Position numbers and translations under genes: made by a program. From contig JAJDYU010000016.1 in assembly GCA_022825005.1 (NCBI GenBank), positions 4,604 through 68,603 on the forward strand: 64,000 nt of DNA, read 5' to 3'. The stretch is from Acidimicrobiia bacterium. Lineage in GTDB: Bacteria > Actinomycetota > Acidimicrobiia > Acidimicrobiales > Bin134. The notes beneath the pieces were generated by a model. The model was given only the letters and a program-made list of their open reading frames with translations. It was not told the origin of the DNA and did no database searches. Numbering within the stretch: position 1 is the first letter of the stretch; the number at the start of each line of letters is the position of its first letter. Positions 1 through 7,094 of the stretch are shown here, piece after piece.

Positions 1-534
1 CAGGTCGCACACGATGCGGAGCGGGAGGCGGGCCGCCACGTCGGTGACGAAGTCGCATTCGCCCCGCTCGCACACCTCGTCCACGATCAGCCGGGCCTGG
101 TCCTGCACCGAGTCTTCCAGCCGGGCCAGCATCCGCGGGGTGAAGCCCGCCGATACCAGCTTTCGCAGCCGGGCGTGGCGGGGGTCGTCCATGGCGATGA
201 TCGAGTTGAAGTACTCGTTGAATTCCGGCGGGAAATCGTTGATGGTGACTCCCGACGACGACGAGTAGATCTGCGGGTTGCGCGACACCTCCAAGATGGT
301 CGAATGCCGGGTGATGAACCATGCCCCCGGCGTATCCACGCTCTGAAGATCACCGGTGAACTCGAACCCGGGATAGAACGTGAGTGGACGGGAGCACACC
401 TGCTTCAGTTCCTCGTCCAGCACCCGGCGATCCCGCCGCCAAAAGGCGTTGTGGAGCGGGTTGGTGGGGTCAGCCTCTGTGGCAGGCGGCGGCTTGGCGG
501 AGGAGGCTTGCGACTCGGTTGGCACAGCGGTCAT
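1..534 (-). CDS. cytochrome P450, N-terminal 178 codons (rest of gene lies beyond the left window edge)
   Basis: Absent from the ORF track because the frame stays open to the edge. The reverse strand from ATG (534-532) reads MTAVPTESQ...FITRHSTILEVSRNPQIYSS...IIAMDDPRHARLRKLVSAGFTPRMLARLE...GECDFVTDVAARLPLRIVCDL. It is collinear with the N-terminus of the complete P450 at 5714-6985 (TDPPKHTRYRRLVNKGFTPRMI...GEADFVVDLASELPLQ). Confidence 0.7.
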   Translation of the reverse strand, partial: MTAVPTESQASSAKPPPATEADPTNPLHNAFWRRDRRVLDEELKQVCSRPLTFYPGFEFTGDLQSVDTPGAWFITRHSTILEVSRNPQIYSSSSGVTINDFPPEFNEYFNSIIAMDDPRHARLRKLVSAGFTPRMLARLEDSVQDQARLIVDEVCERGECDFVTDVAARLPLRIVCDL

Positions 535-628
535 AGCAGCAATCCCTGGTCGGCCATCTCTCTATAGCGTGATGCGATTCTGACTGTAGTGGCTAGCCGA
601 GTGCCGGATTCGCGATGGCGGTTGCCGT

Positions 629-1657
629 CTAGGTGTTTGGCACCGGGGTGCGCCAGGCAAAGGGGTCGGGGGCGGCGCCGGTTTGGATGTCGACGAGTGC
701 TTGGCGCAGTCGCAGGGTGTTGGGGCCGGGCTGGCCGTCGCCGATGGTGAGGGTCTTGCCCGAGTAGAGGATGGTGCCCACGGGGGCGACTCCGGCGGCT
801 GTTCCCGACAGGAAGGCCTCGCCCCGCTTGGCCCAGTCGACGAGCTCCTCGGGATCGATGGCGCGTTCTTCCACTTCGTAGTCGAGGTGGCGGGCGAGTT
901 GGATTACCGAGTCCCGGGTCACGCCGTGCAGGAACGACTCGTCGAGGTGACGGGTGACGATGCGCTGGTCGTCGGCCAGGAAGAAGTTCGAGGCGCCGGT
1001 CTCGGTGATGTCGCCGTCGCTGGCGAACAGCACTTGGTCGACGGCCTCGTTGGCCGCCATCGCGTCCAGCGTGGAGCCGAGGGCCATGGCGTAGTTGGCC
1101 GCGCACTTCACCATGCCGAACTGGGGAACGGTGCGTGGCGTTGATGATTCCACTTGAAGGGTGAGGGGCCGGACGCCTCCCTTGAAGTAGTCGCCCACCG
1201 GGGAATTGACCACGAACAACAGCGCGGATGGGGCGGGATGGGCGGCAGCGCCGATGTCGGCCCCGGTGCCGACCAGCGTTGGGCGGATATAGAGCGACCC
1301 CGGCGGGTGGGGGACCTCGTCGGTGTTGGCCGCAACCGTGTCGATGGTCATCTGCCGCAGCATGGCGGGATCGATCTCAGGCAGCCGCAGACACGCTGCG
1401 CTGGTGACCATGCGGGCCACATGGCTGTCCAGCCGGAAGATGGCCACCGAACCGTCAACCTGGCGATGTGCCTTCAACCCCTCGAACACCGAGCTCCCGT
1501 AGTGCAGCACGTGAGCCGCCGGGCTCAAGCTCAAGTCCCCGAACGGCTCCGGAGCCCCGCCATAGGAAAGCGGCCCGCCATCGGCCCGAGCCGTCGTCAT
1601 CCAGTCGCATAGAACCGTCCCGAACGGGACGGTAAGGGGGTCGGGCTTGGCGGTCAT
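629..1657 (-). CDS. ilvE: branched-chain amino-acid aminotransferase (class IV PLP enzyme)
   Basis: 342-aa ORF with blocks YGSSVFEGLKAHR, LYIRPTLVGTG, GMVKCAANYA and ETGASNFF, in the order seen in IlvE-type aminotransferases. Confidence 0.85.
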   Translation of the reverse strand: MTAKPDPLTVPFGTVLCDWMTTARADGGPLSYGGAPEPFGDLSLSPAAHVLHYGSSVFEGLKAHRQVDGSVAIFRLDSHVARMVTSAACLRLPEIDPAMLRQMTIDTVAANTDEVPHPPGSLYIRPTLVGTGADIGAAAHPAPSALLFVVNSPVGDYFKGGVRPLTLQVESSTPRTVPQFGMVKCAANYAMALGSTLDAMAANEAVDQVLFASDGDITETGASNFFLADDQRIVTRHLDESFLHGVTRDSVIQLARHLDYEVEERAIDPEELVDWAKRGEAFLSGTAAGVAPVGTILYSGKTLTIGDGQPGPNTLRLRQALVDIQTGAAPDPFAWRTPVPNT

Positions 1658-1722
1658 ACAGGCTCTCCTTCGGCCAGGAGGATGGTATAGCCCGACTTCC
1701 GTGGCAGTTGTTGGATTTGCGA

Positions 1723-2865
1723 TCAGGTCACCATGTCGATGATGAGGGCCTGCACAAATTGGAGTTCGCTGGTGGCGAAGCAGTCGAACACGCCGAGACC
1801 TGGCATGGCGATGTCCACGAATTGCTCCTCGGTCATAGTCTCTGGATCGAAGTCTCCAAAGGCCATGAGATCCAAGAACTCGGGGTACTCGATGCCGAAA
1901 GAACGGAGGCAGTCTGCCGACTCGTCGCTCAGCTCGCCCACCATTCTCGTAGCCAAGATGACGAGGATCTCAGCGATGGTCTCGGTGTCGAGGCAGTCGG
2001 GTCCCTGGGTAGTCGAGCTTGTTCCCGCGGCAAAGGCCGTCTCGACGAGAATCTCGAACTGTTCTCGGGGCATTCCGAGTTCGTCGAGATAGCAGTTGAT
2101 CACGTCTTCGCCCATTGCGTCGAGGAAATCGCGTCCTGAGATCGGGGTTGTGGCTGCGATGTGGTCCATGGTGCGCACGGTCAACAAAACCCTCTCGCTG
2201 ACACTGAAACAGCCAATAAAGTTGTTGATGAAGGGGCGCAGTTGCTCTGGGTCAAACGAGGTGGCGGATTCTCCTTCGACTCCGAAGGTTACGTACGCGA
2301 ATTCAGGGCTCGCCCGACCGAGCTCGGTGAGGCAGTTGCGCGACTCGTCGCTGTGGGCACCGGCATTGGCCGCGATGACCCCAGTGCTGTACACCACGAA
2401 GTTGCCCTCAGAGAGACAGGCAGCCATCGGCTCCGCAATGGAGGGGTCTGCGCCTCCATCGACCAACGCGGTGTTCACAATCATTTGGTAGGCGGCCTCG
2501 TCCACCTCATCGCGCACGCACGACGCCTCTGCTTCTGAGACGCCATCCAGCAGGTCGCCACCGGTTGTGTCGGCGTCAACCACAAATCCCTCCAGGGACA
2601 CCGGAGGTTCGGGGGCCTCGGTCGCCGGCGGAGGCTCGGGCGTCGGCTCGGGTACTGGGGCGGGGGCCTCGGTCGCCGGCGGAGGCTCGGGCGTCGGCTC
2701 GGGAGCCTCCAAAGCCGTCGACGTTGGCGGTGGGGGTGCCGGCTCGGCCATGTCTCCGGAGTCATCGTCATTGCCACAGGCAGAGGCGATCACCGCGAAT
2801 ACAAATAGCACCGCAGTTGCCCGTAGCCAGGGGGAAGTGTTCAATCTCATTTGTGGTGCTTTCAC
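1723..2865 (-). CDS. secreted lipoprotein of unknown function (Pro/Glu/Thr repeat linker plus Cys-motif repeat domain)
   Basis: Signal peptide with lipobox (...AVLFVFAVIASAC|GNDDD). The start is GTG 2865 or ATG 2850. A PEPTPEPPPATEAP linker is followed by 8 regularly spaced Cys motifs. GC is lower than the flanks by eye. Confidence 0.7.
   Translation of the reverse strand: MKAPQMRLNTSPWLRATAVLFVFAVIASACGNDDDSGDMAEPAPPPPTSTALEAPEPTPEPPPATEAPAPVPEPTPEPPPATEAPEPPVSLEGFVVDADTTGGDLLDGVSEAEASCVRDEVDEAAYQMIVNTALVDGGADPSIAEPMAACLSEGNFVVYSTGVIAANAGAHSDESRNCLTELGRASPEFAYVTFGVEGESATSFDPEQLRPFINNFIGCFSVSERVLLTVRTMDHIAATTPISGRDFLDAMGEDVINCYLDELGMPREQFEILVETAFAAGTSSTTQGPDCLDTETIAEILVILATRMVGELSDESADCLRSFGIEYPEFLDLMAFGDFDPETMTEEQFVDIAMPGLGVFDCFATSELQFVQALIIDMVT
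2611..2703. repeat. in-frame tandem repeat: two perfect 42-bp copies (2611-2652, 2662-2703), period 51 bp
   Basis: gggggcctcggtcgccggcggaggctcgggcgtcggctcggg occurs twice. It encodes the duplicated EPTPEPPPATEAP segment of the lipoprotein linker. Confidence 0.9.
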
Positions 2866-2986
2866 ATTAATTTTGTGATGTAACTATGAGTCAGAACCTT
2901 AGTCGCTCCACAGAAATTCAGTTACAGAGAGGTGCATTGCGCATTTGGAAGCCCATGGCAAGACCATGTCGATGCGGGGTTGATAT

Positions 2987-3002
2987 TGTACATGCTTGTA
3001 CA
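2987..3002. promoter_or_regulatory. candidate Phd/YefM operator: two TGTACA hexamer palindromes 10 bp apart
   Basis: The sequence reads aTTGTACAtgcTTGTACAaag, with TGTACA at 2987-2992 and 2997-3002. It lies 31 nt upstream of the antitoxin ATG (3033) and overlaps a TATTGT (TANNNT) -10 candidate at 2984-2989. Confidence 0.55.
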
Positions 3003-3032
3003 AAGTCGTCTTCTGCCGGTAGCCTGGGCAGA

Positions 3033-3374
3033 ATGGCACTTCCCGGTGATCACCTGTCTTCTGCGACCGTCTCGGTGAGCGAGTTCCGGGCCAATTGCGG
3101 GCCGCTCTTGGATGCGGTGTGCGACGGGCAGGAGATCGTCATTACCAAGAACGGCCGGCCCGTAGCTGAGGTCCGGCCTCCTCGTTCTCCCCGCGAGGAG
3201 TTCACCGGGTCGCTCTTTGGCTTTTGTCGGGACATCATCACGCTGCCCGATGGGTTCGACTTCGACAAAGATTCCGTGTGGGCAGGTCATGACGAGATCG
3301 CCCAGGAAGTTCTCTCCAGCTGGGACAAACAAGAACCCGATCTTGTCATCGGCTCGTCCAATTATGACGGCTGA
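3033..3374 (+). CDS. type II antitoxin, Phd/YefM family
   Basis: The N-terminus VSVSEFRANCGPLLDAVCDGQEIVITKNGRPVAEVRP is the Phd/YefM fold signature. The track ORF starts at 2886 but the internal ATG 3033 fits the domain. Its stop overlaps the next start (TGATG at 3372-3376). Confidence 0.75.
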   Translation: MALPGDHLSSATVSVSEFRANCGPLLDAVCDGQEIVITKNGRPVAEVRPPRSPREEFTGSLFGFCRDIITLPDGFDFDKDSVWAGHDEIAQEVLSSWDKQEPDLVIGSSNYDG

Positions 3375-3790
3375 TGCTGCTGCTGGACACCAATGTCGTG
3401 CTCCGGTTCTGCTGGGGAGTGGCTGACGGCAAGCTCGGGAACGAAGCCATCGGGCGAGTAGACCAAGCCACCCGGCGAGGTGAGGCGGCGGTCAGCGCGA
3501 TCACCTATTGGGAGCTGACCCTCTTGCAGGCCAAGCGACGTTTGGTGGTGGAGCTCGACGTGGCCCTTCTTCGGATGCGAATGGTTGCCGCCGGGGTCAG
3601 GGATCTGCCCATCGGATCGATAGAAGCAGAACAGGCCGCCCGATTGGGGGAGATGGGCCTAGCCACCGGGGACACCGCAGACCGATTCATTTTGGCCACC
3701 GCGTTAGTCCAGGAGTGCCCCCTGCTCACCTTGGACCAACACATGCTGTCGTGGGATGGCCCGGCTAGTTGCATCGACGCGTCCCGATAA
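3374..3790 (+). CDS. vapC: PIN-domain toxin (VapC family)
   Basis: 138 aa. MLLLDTNV (Asp), ITYWELT (Glu), TGDTADRFILATAL (Asp) and LLTLDQHM (Asp) form the PIN acidic quartet in the canonical order. Translationally coupled to the upstream antitoxin. Confidence 0.8.
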   Translation: MLLLDTNVVLRFCWGVADGKLGNEAIGRVDQATRRGEAAVSAITYWELTLLQAKRRLVVELDVALLRMRMVAAGVRDLPIGSIEAEQAARLGEMGLATGDTADRFILATALVQECPLLTLDQHMLSWDGPASCIDASR

Positions 3791-3805
3791 TCGCCAGCAG
3801 GCCTT

Positions 3806-3830
3806 AAGTGCTGCACTTAGTGCTACACTT
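3806..3830. promoter_or_regulatory. candidate operator of the second TA module: tandem imperfect palindromes
   Basis: AAGTGCtGCACTT (3806-3818) is followed directly by AGTGctaCACT (3819-3829). The 12-mers AGTGCTGCACTT and AGTGCTACACTT differ at one base. The site ends 7 nt before the ATG at 3837. Confidence 0.5.
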
Positions 3831-3836
3831 TTGGGG

Positions 3837-4076
3837 ATGCCGACAGCCCGCCCTCGCCACTCGGTGACCGAGACCGATGAGATTTCCGAGATCCTCGATG
3901 AGGCGTCTCGGAAGTGGTCCGATGTGCCGCGGGCGAAGCTCATTCGGCTCATCATGCTGGACTGGGTGGCCAGCGGCCGGTCGCCCACATCGAGGTCTCA
4001 GGCCAGGGCGGTGCTGGAGGGCTCATTGCCCGGCTCTTCGGCCCTATATGACCGGTCCCAAGACTGGCCCGCATGA
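3837..4076 (+). CDS. vapB: type II antitoxin (VapB-like, probably ribbon-helix-helix)
   Basis: 79 aa from the internal ATG 3837 (track ORF 3756-4076). RHSVTETDEISEILDEA resembles an RHH N-terminal strand-helix. ATGA overlap with the downstream PIN gene (4073-4076). Confidence 0.6.
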   Translation: MPTARPRHSVTETDEISEILDEASRKWSDVPRAKLIRLIMLDWVASGRSPTSRSQARAVLEGSLPGSSALYDRSQDWPA

Positions 4077-4465
4077 TTGTGGCCGACGCCAGCTGGGTTG
4101 TGGCCCTGCGGGATCCAAGCGACGAACATCATTCCCGGGCGGTGGCGATCAATGGCGAGGTCGCCGACGAAGAGGCGCTCCTGCACCCGGTGACCCTGGC
4201 CGAGTGCCTGGTGGCACCGGCTCACCTCGGGGTGGTCGAGAGTGCATCTGAGGGGCTGCGGGCCGCGTTCGTGGTGACCGATGTGGACGATGGCGCACCG
4301 ATGCGATGGGCGGTGCTGCGGGCAGAGACCGGGCTGAGGCTCCCTGACGCAATCGTCCTCGACACCGCCCTCGAACTAAACGCCCGCGCCATCGCCACCT
4401 TCGACCACCGCCTCGCGGCATCCGCCGCACAGCACGGCGTCGACGTGCTAGGGCGGTGGGAGTGA
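4073..4465 (+). CDS. vapC: PIN-domain toxin (VapC family)
   Basis: 130 aa. MIVADASW (Asp), VTLAECL (Glu), LRLPDAIVLDTAL (Asp) and IATFDHRL (Asp) are present. Coupled to the upstream antitoxin. Confidence 0.8.
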   Translation: MIVADASWVVALRDPSDEHHSRAVAINGEVADEEALLHPVTLAECLVAPAHLGVVESASEGLRAAFVVTDVDDGAPMRWAVLRAETGLRLPDAIVLDTALELNARAIATFDHRLAASAAQHGVDVLGRWE

Positions 4466-4497
4466 CATGAAACCGATGTTGAGTGCACACTGGTGAT

Positions 4498-4953
4498 TTA
4501 GGGAGTGTCATCATCGACGATGGTCACCACGCAGCCGTGCCAGCTCCCGTGTCTAAAGAAGCCGATGGCGAAGGTCTCATCAGGTTCGGGATTTGAGTCC
4601 TCTTTGGTAACCACAGGAACTGACACTGGTGAGTTTCCCTCCTGCCCTTCAAAGAACTCATTGAAATATGCGACGTAGTCGCGGTGATTGGCGGCGTGTC
4701 CCCAGTTGTAGGTGAAAATTCTTAACCAAAGTCTGTTGTTACCGTTCCAGTGAACTCGCATTTGAGCAGTCTCACCCTCGGCGATCGGAGGAGGGCACTC
4801 GATAGGGTTACCGCTGTGGCCAGCGTGTAATGAGGGGGCAGCAACAAGGCCGGCGACCATCATCAAGAGCAAGATCAAGAGGAAAAGACGGGCGATGGAC
4901 TTAGCTCCGGGACCCTTTCCCCTCGTACGTGATTGCACGTGTCCGACTTCCAT
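4498..4953 (-). CDS. membrane-anchored protein with a Calx-beta-like domain
   Basis: Strong SD (AGGAGG, 6-nt spacer) before ATG 4953. N-terminal TM helix (IARLFLLILLLMMVAGLVAAP). C-terminal pattern IAEGETAQMRV...HRDYV...EPDETFAIGF...CVVTIVDDD matches the Calx-beta layout (DY...E.DE.F...vtI.DDD). GC is about 50% by eye. Confidence 0.6.
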   Translation of the reverse strand: MEVGHVQSRTRGKGPGAKSIARLFLLILLLMMVAGLVAAPSLHAGHSGNPIECPPPIAEGETAQMRVHWNGNNRLWLRIFTYNWGHAANHRDYVAYFNEFFEGQEGNSPVSVPVVTKEDSNPEPDETFAIGFFRHGSWHGCVVTIVDDDTP

Positions 4954-5093
4954 TTCATACCTCCTACAACTCTGTTTGTGAGGTGTGAACGTTCACCGGT
5001 CTATTTGTAAGTTCAGGCTATTGACCCAAGGGCAAAACAACAACAACCGCAGCTTCCGCCACATCTGCAGCCCGAAGTGACCTATGCCGACCC

Positions 5094-5717
5094 ATGGCTG
5101 TCCCGGTGCGTGCAAAGCCGACTTGCCAATTGCGGGATTCGCAGGCTTGGGGTTCTGGGAGACTGGGGGTTGTGGCAGTTCCGTTCACCACGATTGCCGG
5201 GGAGCGCGTGTTGTTGCGACCGTTTCGAGTCGAGGACGCGGGCGACATCGCCGAGTCGTGCCAGGACCCGGAAATTCCCCGATTCACGATGATGCCGGAG
5301 GCAATGTCTGAAGCGCAGGCGCGAGAGTGGATCGAGCAACGGCTAGCACGGTGGGAACAGGGTCTTTTCGCATTCGCAATCGCTCTGCCTCCCTCGGATC
5401 GCTGCATCGGTCAGATGGGCATCCTGCTAGAGCCCCAATTCCGGCGAGGGGAGGCGTTTTATTGGCTCGACAGACAGCACCGGGGCCAAGGAATCGCCTC
5501 CGAAGCCCTCAATCTGATCACCGACTGGGCACTCTTCGAGCACGGCCTGGCCCGGGTTCACCTGGTGACCCATGTCGACAATCCGGCATCCCAATGGGTG
5601 GCCGAGCGTTGCGGCTATCAGCGGGAAGGCGTGCTGCGGGCTTGGGAGCCGGTCAAAGACGACCAACCCGATGTCGTGATGTGGAGTCGACTACCAGCGG
5701 ATTGGCCGGGAGGTTAG
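5094..5717 (+). CDS. GNAT family N-acetyltransferase (RimJ/RimL-like)
   Basis: ERVLLRPFRVEDAGDIAESCQDPEIPRFT...QHRGQGIASEALNLITDWAF...NPASQWVAERCGYQREGVLR is the typical RimJ/L-type GNAT layout. The start may be GTG 5172 rather than ATG 5094. Confidence 0.75.
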   Translation: MAVPVRAKPTCQLRDSQAWGSGRLGVVAVPFTTIAGERVLLRPFRVEDAGDIAESCQDPEIPRFTMMPEAMSEAQAREWIEQRLARWEQGLFAFAIALPPSDRCIGQMGILLEPQFRRGEAFYWLDRQHRGQGIASEALNLITDWALFEHGLARVHLVTHVDNPASQWVAERCGYQREGVLRAWEPVKDDQPDVVMWSRLPADWPGG

Positions 5718-6985
5718 ACCAGGGTTGAGAGGTTTTGGTCGGGGGCGGGGCCGGGGTTGATTTTTTTGCCGGGGGTCCAGGCGACGGGGAGGTGCTTGAC
5801 GCCGCCGATGAAGTTGGAGCGCAGCCACTCTGGCTCGCCTACCCGGTGGATGTCGGGCACGCGCTCGACGATTTCCTGGAAGATGAGGCGCAGCTCCATT
5901 TTGGCCAGGTTGGCGCCCAGGCAATAGTGGGCCCCGCCGCCGCCGAAGGAGATCTGCTCGTTGGGGGTACGGCTCACATCGAAGGTGAAAGGGTCGTCGA
6001 ACACCTCTTCGTCCCGGTTGGCCGAGACGTGCCAGATGACCACCTTGTCGTTCTTGTCGATGTGCTGGCCCCTGATCTCGGTGTCCTCGGTGGCGGTGCG
6101 GCGGAAGTGCAGCACGGGGGTGGACCACCGCAGGATCTCGTCGATATGGGTGTCGGTCACCCCTTCGGAGGAGTTCTTCATGATGTCGAACTGCTCAGGG
6201 TGGTCCATCAGCGCCAGCATCCCTTGGGCGGTGGCGTTGCGGGTGGTCTCGTTGCCGGCCACGGTGAGCAGCAGCATGAACATGTCGAATTCCAGATCGG
6301 TGAGCCGGTCGCCGTCGATCTCCGCGTTGATGAGCTTGGTGACGATGTCGTCGCGGGGGTTCTCCGCCCGGTCTTTGGCCAGCTGGTTGGTGTAGGCGTA
6401 TAGCTCTGCACCGGCCGAGATGCTGTTCTCCAGGTCGTCGGCGTACTCTGGGTCGTCCACGCCAATCAGGCGGTTGGACCAGTCGAAAAGCTTCATGCGG
6501 TCTTCCTGGGGCACGCCCATGATTTCGGCGATGGCCTGAAGCGGGAGCTCAGAAGCCAGGTCGACCACGAAGTCGGCCTCGCCCTTCTCGATCACGTTGT
6601 CCACGATCAAGATGGCCCGGTGGCGGAGGTACATCTCGATGAGGCCGATCATGCGGGGGGTGAAGCCCTTGTTCACCAGCCGCCGGTAGCGGGTGTGCTT
6701 GGGCGGATCAGTGGTGAGCATCATCACGCCCCGGGAATCCGGGGCGCCGTTGTCGCGGGTGCCCGGATCGGGGATAGACGTGCCGCCGAGCTCAGAGGAG
6801 AAGCGCTCGGTGTCGCGGTTCACCTCGACGAGGTCGGCGTGTTTGACCACGTTCCAAAACGCTGGCCCATGGGGGTCTTGGTGCAAGAAGACGGGGTCTT
6901 GGTCTCGCAGCACCTTGAACATTTCATGGTGCTCCTGGCGCACGAATCGGTCGGGGTCGAGCAAGTTGACGTCGGTGAGCTTCAC
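5714..6985 (-). CDS. cytochrome P450 (CYP124/125/142-like)
   Basis: 423 aa. Heme loop FGGGGAHYCLGANLA, EILRW (ExxR) and AGNETT I-helix. The stop overlaps the GNAT stop by 4 nt (convergent). Confidence 0.9.
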   Translation of the reverse strand: MKLTDVNLLDPDRFVRQEHHEMFKVLRDQDPVFLHQDPHGPAFWNVVKHADLVEVNRDTERFSSELGGTSIPDPGTRDNGAPDSRGVMMLTTDPPKHTRYRRLVNKGFTPRMIGLIEMYLRHRAILIVDNVIEKGEADFVVDLASELPLQAIAEIMGVPQEDRMKLFDWSNRLIGVDDPEYADDLENSISAGAELYAYTNQLAKDRAENPRDDIVTKLINAEIDGDRLTDLEFDMFMLLLTVAGNETTRNATAQGMLALMDHPEQFDIMKNSSEGVTDTHIDEILRWSTPVLHFRRTATEDTEIRGQHIDKNDKVVIWHVSANRDEEVFDDPFTFDVSRTPNEQISFGGGGAHYCLGANLAKMELRLIFQEIVERVPDIHRVGEPEWLRSNFIGGVKHLPVAWTPGKKINPGPAPDQNLSTLV

Positions 6986-7094
6986 GGCAGTGTTCCTTTG
7001 CTGCGATCGTTAGCCGGCTGTCGGCCAGTGTACGGGAACCTCTGATGAGACAAGATACCGGGGTGCGAACCGACAGGGAAACGGTGAGGCAGCG

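Noticed and set aside
1701-1709. 9-mer gtggcagtt shared with 5172-5180 at both borders of the first low-GC islet, considered as possible att-like direct repeats.
   Set aside because: It is too short to distinguish from chance. The right copy is inside the GNAT reading frame, and there is no integrase or tRNA.
2611-2703. Tandem repeats (also 63000-63071), considered as a possible CRISPR or minisatellite.
   Set aside because: There are only two copies each. They are in frame, lie inside CDSs and encode Pro-rich linkers. There are no spacers and no cas genes, so this is not a CRISPR array.
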